DNA from: Isurus oxyrinchus
Taxonomy: Eukaryota
Assembly: GCA_026770705.1 (NCBI GenBank)
Contig: JANJGN010000026.1
Coordinates: 40,114,001 to 40,178,000 of the forward strand
Length of the DNA stretch: 64,000 nt
Direction: 5' to 3'
Below the pieces are notes generated by a model that worked only from the letters and a program-made list of their open reading frames with translations, did not search any database and was not told the origin of the DNA. Shown here piece after piece: positions 49,816-60,863 of this stretch (position 1 is the first letter of the stretch; every line of letters begins with the position of its first letter). The translations under genes were made by a program, and so were the position numbers.

Positions 49816-50040
49816 CACAGTGATATAGAACACGGAGGGAGCTGTACAAAAACCTCAACATAGTGAGGATTAGAGATACTTAGTGATGCAGAGCACGGAG
49901 AGAGCTGTACAAAAACCATGAACATGTTGGAATTACAGACACACAGTGACACAGAGCACTGAGAGAGCTGTACGAAAACCTGAACATTGTGGGATTACAG
50001 ACACAGTGATACAAGGCACAGAAAGAGTTCAAATAATTGT
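49816..50040 (+). repeat. Tandem array of four 23-RSS units (period 63/63/60 bp)
   Basis: CACAGTG 49816/ACAAAAACC 49846; CTTAGTG 49879/ACAAAAACC 49909; CACAGTG 49942/ACGAAAACC 49972; CACAGTG 50002/nonamer lost. Confidence 0.92.
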
Positions 50041-50389
50041 CCATTTTCGGGTTTAAGTTGAAAGGAGCATACACACACACGTATACGCACACACACAGAC
50101 ACACACACGCAAATGCACACACACACAGAAGGGGGTGGGGGGAGGCAATCACTCCAGGAATGTATTTTCAATTCACCTTACAATTTTGTGTCACAGAATA
50201 AAATCGTTAAACACATCAAGTTCGCACGTTCTTTCTGGCTCTGCAGAGCCTTTAATATTTTTATACTTCGAGCCGCCTACAGTACTCCCGCCAAAATAAT
50301 TCATTCAATTATCCATTCTTCAACAAGCCATATGCACCTTTTGGGCATAAATAGTTGAAGCCTGACAGCCTGAGAATGTGGTGCTAAAA

Positions 50390-50720
50390 CATCCGAGATT
50401 ATCAACATCATAACAGAGGCATAGAGTCTAAAAGCAAGGGAATACTACTGTTCCCTTGGAAAGCACTGGTTCCCCCTTAACTGGAACATTGTGTCCACTT
50501 CCGGGCATCGCACTTTAGGAGAGATGTGAATGGTTTAGAAAGGGCGCAGATAAGTTTACCAGAATCATCCCAGGGATGCAGAACTTCAATTAATTGGATA
50601 GATTGGGGAAATTGGGCTTGATCTCCATGGAGAATGGAAAGTTCAGGATAGATCTGATAGAGGTGCTCAAAATCATGTGGGCCTGGGTAGAGTGGATCAA
50701 AATAAACAGTTTCTATGGGT
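50390..50720 (+). mobile_element. CR1-type LINE fragment
   Basis: RGIESKS...LEHCVHF...DRLGKLGLISME...DLIEVLKIM. Confidence 0.75.
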
Positions 50721-52405
50721 GGAAGGGTAGAGAAGAAGAACAGGAGGTTGGTTTTCTATTCTCTTCCTCGCTGAATGGACCGTGGAAGGCAGCGGCTCCA
50801 ATAATTCAATGCAGCTGGGAAAGCTCCCTCTCTGTGGCACAGGGAGTGCAGGCGGCACTCTGCGAGAATTGTCCGTACATTCGCGGCTGTACAAACCACC
50901 ACTTTTGTCCATTAAGACTGAATGTTAATACTGAAGTCACTTTTCGTATAAATCGAGCCTTTTTACCGCATACACGTCAGATATGCACAGCCTGCTGTAT
51001 CACACGCACACACACACACACACACACATACAGGGTCGACTGTGTGTCACAGAAACCTGGCCTCCTGTTTTCAATGGCTCAGGGCAAAATATTGTCAGCA
51101 GGATAACAGCACGGTGATTGGCTCTTTCAACCATTGATGCGGGGTCAGGAGGTCACATTCAGGCTCCGCCCAGCAATAAAACACCCAGATGGTCAATCTT
51201 GTAACTTTTGACCCCGAACTTGGAAGAAGGGTAAAACCGCAGTTCTTAAAGGGGTTCTGCACCGCTCGAGCTGTTTGACTAAGTTTTAGTATTTAGGAGG
51301 GATGATTAGTGGTTGAAATATGGATCGGAAGAAAGTGATATTTTTTAATGCATTGATTCAGTGGTTGAATATCAATTGTTTATTTTTAATAACTAAAAAC
51401 GATTTCGTACAGTCAACACGTAATGTAGAAACAGTAATTTTCGAGGAGTAGATGCCATCAATTCAATGCAATGTTGTTGTAATAAACACAATCTGGATCT
51501 TGTTTATCGCTGTACCCTCTTAAAGCACAACATATGGACTTGGGAATACAACAATAATTAGGACCTGGTGAATGCTAACAGAGACAGAAGCCAGTGTGAT
51601 ACCAAAGAGGAAGTGGAAAATAATGGGGACCCATTAAAACATTCACAGAGAAAAAGCCTAGCATCATAATCAAGGAGCCTAGGACTGGTACAAAAATATC
51701 CTAATATTTCCTTATGTGACTTAATCCCAATTTTGTTTTATTGTCCCCGTGTGAGGCGCTTTGCAACATTTGAAATGTTTTAAGATTTTATAATACATGT
51801 TAAACGTGTGTAAATGCACGTTGTTATTGTGAGATTACACTTTGTGTTGTGTGGATACTCATTGGCTACTGCTGGCATAACTTGCATTGTGTGGATATAA
51901 CTTGCATTGTGTGGGTATAAGTTGCAATTTCTGGGACCTTATGTGTTGTGTGTGAGTCTAACTTCTATCATGTCAGTACATTCGGCAGCATTTGACTCTC
52001 ACTGTCATTCTGATTCTTACCTGATCTCATGTCTCTGAGCTATGTTGGCTTCGGCCTAATGGCTATCAATGTTTCTTTCAGTGTCTCCCATAAATGAACG
52101 TTCCACATGACTAAACGTACTTTAGGTCTGCGCAAGCACTAACAAGTTACATTCAAAATTGCACTGGGCTGCATGAAGTACCAAGACTCGATAATCGTCT
52201 CCCAAGTGTCTCCCAACATTCTACCACCTCCCAAAAATAACATGGACAATAATTGCTGAATCTATTTGTTCAAGTAACTGTAAATAATTATGGAAGCTAA
52301 TTGTCTGTAGAATTCCAACAGTATAAATAAGGGTCTTTTTGAGCTTATCACAGAGAATCTCTGTCATCAACTGTCACCGGCAGAGAACATCTCTTCTCAT
52401 AGAAA

Positions 52406-52475
52406 ATGCACGGCCGAATTTCTGATGTAGTTTATGCCACTTACTACCCAATTCTTGCTGCTTTTGGAGTTCCAG
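52406..52475 (+). CDS. First coding exon of a GPR139-like GPCR (second exon not found in window)
   Basis: 70-nt exon MHGRISDVVYATYYPILAAFGVP|GTAAG, homologous to exon 1 at 29581-29513. Confidence 0.75.
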
Positions 52476-53274
52476 GTAAGTCTTTTGGCTGAACCATCAA
52501 TTGGACAAATCATTGTTTTATGAAGCTGGTTTTGTCAATGAAAATTAAGGAGTGTGATATAGTCATCTTCAGGCATTTCTTTAAACTCATTTGATCAGGA
52601 GTATACAAACTTTCCATCGTTTTAATATTTCTTTGTTTTAAACTCAAGAATTAAGTCTCTGAAACACCCAAAACACTGCATCTATTCCTTTACACAAAGC
52701 CGAGGCTGCTCAGGTCGCTAGATTGATTTCTAAAAAGTAATATTCTGGTAACCTTTTCGAAACCAATAGTTCAAGGCTATTCTTATACAAGAGAAGATCC
52801 TGAGAATACATTTCCAACGATACCAACTTTGGGTAGATTTTCATTTTGTGTTAGTCTAAAAATTGCAATAGCCAGTGTTATATCTGCCTTGAATTATGGT
52901 TCCATTGTTTTCAGGTGAATTACAATTCTGGAGGGAAGTGGAATGAGCTGCAGGTTCATTATCAGTCATTTCACATTTCCGCTTGAAGTTAGGATTCACC
53001 TGCCTGAAATGGTTGAGGGGTGAAATTGGCCTTGAGCTGTTAAGCAAGCTGGCTACCAGTTTTATACTCGATACAGTCCTCTGTCTCATTGACATCAGAG
53101 AAGTAGAAATTAGACCAAGTGGAAAACTGTTAGCTCATTCGATCCAGCCTAAATACGGTTCCTGCCCCATGGAAGTAAAAGGATATCGGGTGTAGGTGGG
53201 AATGTGGAGCTGTGGCCATGATCAGGTTAGCCATGATCTTATTGAATGACGAAGCAGGTTAGAGGGGTCTAATG

Positions 53275-54170
53275 GATAGTGTGGAGGATAGCCATAATCT
53301 CCAAAACGATATAGATGGGTTGGTGGAGTGGACGGTAAAATAACAGATGGATTTTAACAGAAAGAAGTGTGAGGGCATACATTTAGAGAGGTCAAAATGT
53401 TAAAGGGATTACAACATGAATGGGAATATAATAAGAGGGGTAGATGGAACGAGAGATCTTGGCGTGCAAGTACACAGGTCCCTGAACGCAGCAGTTCAAG
53501 TAGACAAGATTGTAAAGAAGGCATATGGCACGCTCTCCTTCACTGGCAGAGGTATAGAATATAAAAGTAAGGATATAATGTTGGAATTGTATAAAACACT
53601 GGCGAGGCCACAACTGGAGTATTGCGTGCAGTTCTGGTCACTACGTTACAGGAAGGGCGTAATAGCTCTGGAAAGAGTGCAGAGGAGGTTTACAAGAATG
53701 TTGCCAGGGTTAGGAAAGAGTAGCTACGAGGAGAGATTGGATATGTTGGGGTTATTTTACTTAGAATAAAGAAGGCTGAGAGGTGACTTGATTGTGGTGT
53801 ACAAAAATATGAGGGGAATAGATAGAGTGGACAGGATGAAATTGTTTCCCTTGATGGAGAATTCCAGAACCAGAGGACATAGATTCAAGATAAGTGGCAG
53901 AAGGTTTAGGGGGTACATAAGGAAGAATTTTATTACGCAGAGGGTAGTGACTGTCTGGAATTAGCTGCCCAAGTTGGTGGCAGAGGCAGAAACTTTAAAC
54001 TCTTTTAAAAAGTACCTGGATCTGCAGCTTAAGTGCTGTAAACTGCAGGGCTATTAGCCCGGTGCAGGAAGGTGGGATTAGAAAGAGTACCTAGGTGTCC
54101 TCGGGCTGGCATGGATAAGATGAGCCGAATGGCCTCCTAGTGTGCTGTAACTTCCCGACGGTTCTATGGT
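53275..54170 (+). mobile_element. CR1-type LINE 3' fragment
   Basis: ORF 53416-53769 RDLGVQVHRSL...KKAYGTL...LYKTLARPQLEYCVQFWS...LERVQRRFTRMLPGL...SYEERL; 3' tail ending GGTTCTATGGTTCT. Confidence 0.92.
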
Positions 54171-55974
54171 TCTGTGAAGTTATGAACTAAATGCAGTCTA
54201 AAAATCAATGTGGAGATCTGATCTAAAGAATCACTGGTGTCATTTTTTTAAATTACAAAGTCAATCATTATACTTATCGAGTAAGTTAACATAAGTAGTT
54301 ATGTTTCAGTTCTTTATCGCTTTCATGAGAAAACCAGGTGAATATTTACTTCTTGGAGCGTCTCCTGTTGAGGTGCCGCTGCTTTGTTCTAATGGTTTCG
54401 CTACCCTGTGTTCTGAAACATTTTTCTCTGGCCAGAGCTGGTTGAGTGAGGAAGGAAATGCTGTTGTGTTGTTTCATACATGACAAAAATCCCGGTAGAT
54501 AACCGAGATCCGACGTGTTTGCAGAAACATCTTTGAGGCTGAGCAAACGAATTTACAATTTAACATAGACCTTTCATGGGAACCAGGTTATGTTCTGCGA
54601 ACGGAAGCTCATGCTGACATCACTGGTTTAATGATCCAGAGGCCTGAGCCAACGACATGAATTATACTAATTAATTTCAATGGAGGTAATTACTATAACT
54701 CTGGAATAAAGTTGTCTTACCAGAAATAGCGATCAGCTAACTACCAGATCATCGCAATAAACTCTACCCAGTTCACTACCGTCCTTCAGGGAAGGAAATC
54801 TATGCTGGCCGAGATATGATTCCAGATCCACAACAATGTGGTTGAACATTAACGGCCTTCGTAAATAACCCAGAAAACCACTCAACCGGTAAGTGGCAGC
54901 TCGCTACCCCCTCTGAAAGGCAATTAGTGATAGACAATAAATGCTGGTGCTCCAATGTCGCCTAAATCCTTTGAATGAATAAATAAAAAGGACCTGGGCG
55001 TAGGAGGGACTGGAGTGCCAACCCTAAATCCGGAAATCTGGAAGGTATTTTGAAACCACTGTTAACTTGAGAGTCAGGCATTGTACCGAGCCGTATACCA
55101 ATGGAACAAACATACAGCTGAACACACAAGTAGCTACCTGCCTGTAAATGAACAATGGACAAATTCCAAGTTTCTGTCATTATGTGCAGCTCTAAATGAG
55201 CATGATAAGGTTTTAGTGATATACAATGGTTAGATATGTACCAATAAGCTGCAAAATTTGCATTCCATTCAGTGCAAGATAAAACGTGATGAATGGGAAA
55301 TTCACATGGAACCAAAAGTTCCCGATGTTGGTGAGATATAAAATTGGGGAACTGCATTGGGATATCCGTTTGATGCCCTGGAGATCTACAGACTGGTGTT
55401 AAGGAGACAGATTCTTCCATTTGATCCAGCCCAAAAACGGGTTCTGCACCATGGGAGTCAAATGTTATCAGAGGCAGGTGGGAATGTGGAATTGAGGCCA
55501 CAATCAGATCAGCCATGATCTTATTGAATAGCGAAAAAGGTAGAGGGGCCGAATGGCCTGTTTCTGCTCCTGATTCGTTTGTTTGTATGTCCCTGAAATA
55601 TCCGCACAAGGCCACTGAATTAATAGTTTAGTAGAATGGCCACTATAGTAATCTTCTATTCATTGCGGTTACAGGCCACAAATCAGCACGCTCCATACTT
55701 CAGTCGGTCAAACGTCAGAATTCACCTGGGAGTGAAGAAAAATGTCAGGGATAAAATTGTTTTTTTCCTGTAGCTCAGAGTGAGAGCAATACCAAGCAAA
55801 ATTCAAACCATGCCAGATTTTTAGTTTAATCATAGTGCACTGTCCCAAAGAAGAAATCCAGCGCCAATATTTGGTTTGACTCCCTTGGGGTATTGAATTG
55901 CCTTTTGGCCAATGGGGGTGAAGAGTGGGAGAAGAACTACGGACATGATTCTGGTTACATCTAGGGGTGCAGAC

Positions 55975-56365
55975 ATCCATTCATGCATCAGACCATCCCT
56001 CCGTCCATTCATCCGTTCATCCGTCTGTCCATTCATCCACCCGTCCCCCCCATCCCTTTGTACATCCATTCATCCGTCCATACATCTATCCATCCATCCA
56101 TGTATCCACCCATCCAAACATCCATCCATCCGTCCATCAGTCCATCCGTCTATACATACACCCATCATCCATCGATCCATCGANNNNNNNNNNNNNNNNN
56201 NNNNNNNNNNNNNNNNNNNNNNNNNNNNNNNNNNNNNNNNNNNNNNNNNNNNNNNNNNNNNNNNNNNNNNNNNNNNNNNNNNNNNNNNNNNNNNNNNNNN
56301 NNNNNNNNNNNNNNNNNNGCCCATGTGTGCATCTGACCACCCATCCATCCGCCCATCCATCCCAC
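55975..56365. repeat. (CCAT)n microsatellite around an N-gap
   Basis: Direct reading. Confidence 0.9.
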
Positions 56366-56794
56366 ATAACTTATCAATCCCTTCGTCACACCATAACCCT
56401 CTTTGTGTTCAGAAGGAAAAATAACGGATGGTCCGAAATCCTGTGACCCTTTCTTCCCTCAAGTTCTAATGCCCCATAGACTTTGGAAATTTCTATAAGG
56501 CAATCTGCATACAGCCCTAATGTTTCCGCTGTTTGAAAACTAATAGCTGAGTGGTGGATTGCCTAGATAATTCTGTCAACCACCATTTCTCTTTCATCTA
56601 GTAGGAGCGCAGACAGAATATGCTGTTCTGAATCCAACAGGAAGAAAAACGACCACAAAGTGGCTTTAGCGGCACTACTTTGCCCACGGAGAGGAAGGAG
56701 GTAGTTAAATCAGGGCGCAGAGATTGCATGGTGGGATTCTGGCTTCCGAGTGACTTGATGCATTAGCGTTGGGATGTTTCTTCCTCTTTTGTAG

Positions 56795-57089
56795 AATCAG
56801 GACCAACCTATTTATAGGAAGTGGATTAATCGCCTCGGTGTGGAGAAAGAAATATGGGGACCAGTTTTAAACATCGTTACCAAGACTGTAAATGTAATTA
56901 TTCTAATGCCCTTATGGTTATCCACCTGACAGTGCAGGGGAGCTGTTGCTATACTCATGGCGATTTGAGATTCTCTATCTGGGCTGGGCTCGATGCTTTG
57001 CTGCACCTGGAAGAGTTTCAAGTTCCCGATAAAAACGGGCTTTGAACAGAAACAAGAGAGAATTTCGAACTACTGCCCAACCACAGTGA
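56795..57089 (+). pseudogene. Possible highly decayed V relic
   Basis: KCNYS...RFS...LHLEEFQVPD and AAC TAC TGC CCA AC directly followed by CACAGTG (~57083); no nonamer. Confidence 0.35.
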
Positions 57090-57179
57090 GGAGGGAGGAA
57101 TGGAAAGGAGCAAGTGTGCTAATGCACCAAGGAGCCTTTGACGAGGATGATAACATGTGAAATAATAACAATTAGAAAC

Positions 57180-57600
57180 TGCAGATTTACATTTATATCG
57201 CAATTTATACAACCTCATCACGTGCCAAACATCCGTACAGCCACTGAAATGTAGACACTGATGTAGGAAACACAGAACCAATTACCCACAACCACATCCT
57301 ACAAGGAGAAATGTGATAATGACCAGATGATGTTTTCTTTAGTAATGTTGCACGAGAGATAAACATTAGACAGGATACCAGCAAGATTTGACCTGTTCTT
57401 CTTAGAAATAGTGCAACTGATATTTTAAGTCCACCTGAGTGGGCAGACATTCGAATTTGACGTTGTTTGAGTACGACACTTCCGACAGTTCAACACTCCC
57501 TCGGTATTGGACTCGAAATTTTGAGCTCAATATTGGGGAATGGGCCTTGAACCCAAGATGACCTGACTCAGTGACGTGAATATTACCACTGAACCACGTC
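57180..57600 (-). mobile_element. Ancient SINE, DeuSINE-like (related pieces ~26770-27000, 37520-37810, 39270-39620)
   Basis: CCACCTGAG...GCAGAC...CTTCCGACAGT...CACTCCCTC core and tRNA-like TTGAACCC...CCACTGAACC. Confidence 0.55.
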
Positions 57601-58749
57601 GTTGAACAATAACAACATCGCCACTGTCACATAGTGCTTATGTTACTGAACTAGGCATTTAGGTGCCTGGGCGAATGTTCCAGAAGCATCGGATGAAATG
57701 TCACCACCCTGGAAACATAAGTTAAGTTAAGCATATGCATCTGAACGTGAAAAAAGACCATCATGATTGTTAGTGAATCCCATGAAACCACTGGTTAGTT
57801 GTTAAAACCAACCACCCTTCAGTTAAATAAATTTACGAGCCATATCCAGTCTTGTGTTCATGTGTGTACAGGGAAATAGTTCTCTACTGACTGCCCTCTG
57901 AAATGCCCTATCAGCCATTCAGTTGTCGGAAGAGAAATTAGAGACCAACAATAAATATTGGTCTTACCAACGACGCCTACAACTTGTGAATTAATTGAAC
58001 AAAACACATTCGCGGCCATAAGCAGTGGTCAGCTGTAGTACAGATTGTAACAGCACTTACATATTGTCCAGAAAGAGGCACGCTCAATAACAACAGGACA
58101 ACTTTCTAACTGGCCTTCAAATGTCTCACAGGTGTTGCTTTTGTTTGGATCAACATCGATATGGCGCGTTCACGGGTTAACATGTAAAGAAAATACAAGG
58201 ATGACAACATAACTGACGGGCTGTAACTATCAGGAAAGGTTGAACAGGCTGGGCTCTTTTCTATAAAAAGCTGTGCTGAACGGTGACACAAGAGAGTTCT
58301 TTAAAGTCTTGAAAGATTTTGATAATGTTGGAACAAGTTTTCTGCCCGTGGGAGTCCAAAGCCAGAGACCATAAACGTCAAATCTTCACCCATAAATTCC
58401 ACCAAAGGATTAAGCATAAATTTATTAAACTAGTGACTGGTTGGAATGGGACCTCGATACACCCGGGTTGGCTGAAGCTATAAGTGTAAATGTATTTAAA
58501 TAGAAGCTAAATAAAAACCTAGGGTGAAGTGAAAAATAATGCGCTGATGGTATTAGATCGGGTCGTGTGGGAAAAGGTTCGTGTGGAGCATAAACATCGG
58601 CAGAAACTCATGGGTGGAATAACATGTTTCTTCAATACAATTTTACCAATATGCTGTAGGGGGCAATGATATGTGTAAATCCTCATTGTCTAACACAAAG
58701 GGCACTTGTATTGTTAAAAATAATGTCATGGCTGATCTTTGTGAAGCAG

Positions 58750-59190
58750 AGTGTGTCTCTCCCGAGGGCAGGTTTTGTAACAGTGGGGTTGCTATTGCTA
58801 TCATAATGACTTTCTGGATTGTGCAGACGAAGATTGGACATCTTCGTCCTTCTGAAAGCGAAATAGCCTGTCTTCTCGGCGATTTCAAGTTCAATTTCCA
58901 ATTGCCCAACCACACCTTTTTCGTTTTCTGTGCTGCTCATGACCCACTCCAGCCGTCCATTCGGACTCACCCTGGACCAGTGGAAGGCGGATATCTCCGA
59001 GCTGGTGTAGCTACAATAAAACTGCGCCGGATCTCCCGGCTCGGCTATTTTGGACACCGGCGACAGCAGCACTTCATCCGCAAGATTCCGCCCCCCCACA
59101 TCCCCCACCCTTCCCATTCTCTCCACACCACCCCCACAACCCTACCCCGGCCCCCCGCCCCCTCCCCGCCACCCTCCTTCTCCCCGCCCT
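58750..59190 (-). pseudogene. Divergent V-type Ig-domain pseudogene
   Basis: LADEVLLSPVSKIAEPGDPAQFYCSYTSSEISAFHWSRVSPNGRLEWVMS, then frameshifted FVCTIQKVIM...AT..HC; acceptor TTTCTCCAG near 59190 followed by a G-rich expansion. Confidence 0.6.
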
Positions 59191-59517
59191 GGAGAAACAT
59201 GAATAACATCCTTGCTAAAGCTTTTACCATTTTCTTTGGACTGGAAAAGCAAAGGGTTGGGCTCCAGTCGGTCGGGAAAATTGCAAATCATCAATAGCTC
59301 ATATGAAGACGCAGAATACACTGCTCACGGACCAAGTTCATCACGTAATGTGCGAGATATCATCATAACATTTTGCAGCGCATCGTTGCAACGCCGTCTT
59401 TCTGAAAGACACGCACTGGTTCCTTTTCTCTGCCTCTAGATCAGAGACCACATGGACCCTCTGACAAAAAAGCATGAACTGAGTTACATAGCCCCACATT
59501 CTGAAAACATATTACAG

Positions 59518-59518
<1 letters not shown>

Positions 59519-59552
<34 letters not shown>

Positions 59553-59581
59553 GAAATATACATACAATATATACATATTCC

Positions 59582-59610
<29 letters not shown>
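59519..59610. repeat. (TA)n microsatellite
   Basis: Direct reading. Confidence 0.9.
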
Positions 59611-59615
<5 letters not shown>

Positions 59616-60444
59616 TGCAATTTTATAAACCACTGAAAGCTAAAGACAGCAAGAAATTGAGTGAGAAAGGCAGGAACAGAAGGGAACGAAACAGGATGAA
59701 AGGAAAAGAGAAAAGGAGCAAACTAAACGAGAGAAAGAAAGCAATGCATAAAAGCAAGGAAGAACTGGGTTGAACTGATGGTGAATGTATGTTTTTAAAC
59801 AGTTAACAAATTAATGTAACTCGATTACTTTAAACGCCTTTCTTCAACCTCCATTGAAATCAAGAGCGATTTCCTCTGGTTAATACAATTAGGTAAGGAG
59901 ATGATAAACAGAGCAGGACGATTCATTCTGGTTACTATGTCCAAAGGTGTCTGATTTTTTTTGTATTTCAAATCATCCTTCAGATAACAGTAATAATCAA
60001 AGTGGCAATTTAGGCTGCTCTGCTTCCGTTGTTGCTGTTACAAAGTCAAAGAGGAACATTTGTCTCCAAGATTTCTTCAATTGACCAAGGCGGGGAAATA
60101 CACTCTGAGCAACAAGTATAAAGGAAGTCGTGATTTAGAAGGAAATAACGTATCATATATTTTCCATTGCAATATATCAGACAGTGGACACATTCCTCCT
60201 GTCGTTTACCGAACAGGGTTTCAAAGAAGGTTTCAAATGTTGAAAATCCATCAATATGAATGAAGTATTTAATTCTCTGGTGACACTTTTCTGGCTTCAT
60301 TGCAATACTGACTGCAATTCGAAAGTCGTTCACTGGTTGCAAAATCATTGTGTGAACCTCTTTCTTCGCTGCTTTCTTCCACGTTTTGTTTTTGGAGTGG
60401 CTGTTTGATTGTCACCCAACTTTCCGAGGCTTTTCTCAAGGAGG

Positions 60445-60863
60445 GGATACAGTATGAACTCGGGGCTGTTCTCACACATTGTGGCCATGGCAGAGTGATA
60501 AACACCACTATTCACTCATCCTGGTCGGCGTCACGTACGCTGAGATTTGGATGCTGTGAATTTTAAAACGGCTTTGGTGGTGCTCTCCCTGGAAGCCGCT
60601 ATGGGTATATACCAGGAGCTCAGACAACCAGTGGATTGTATGAGCACCTATTGGAGCATGCGCTGAACCCAGGCTGAATCGTGACTGAATTCGCTTCCAC
60701 TGGCAATATGCAGGCAGCTAGAGAATCCTGTATCAAACACGAAGAATCCTTGGGTATAATTTCTGAATCTTTATATTCAGGTAGTTGTGTAATCCCAGTG
60801 ATTGGAATGAGATATATAATACTCACAGAATGGTAACAGCAAGAATGCGTGAGTTACACCCAT
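60445..60863 (-). pseudogene. Degenerate V relic
   Basis: Leader MGVTHAFLLLPF|GTGAGT (60863-60827); acceptor near 60728; NSVTIQPG...RCSY; 3' end NSGVYHSAM followed by heptamer CACAATG (60483-60477) and a degenerate nonamer. Confidence 0.5.

Noticed and set aside
49816-50040. CRISPR-like repeat/spacer appearance
   Set aside because: Eukaryotic context, no cas genes, and the units are related to each other throughout and explained as RSS copies.
54962-55615. 217-aa minus-strand ORF
   Set aside because: Non-ATG start, overlaps retroelement 3' UTR fragments, no motif recognised.
58671-59297. 208-aa plus-strand ORF
   Set aside because: Antisense to the V relic and a C-rich low-complexity tract; no recognisable domain.
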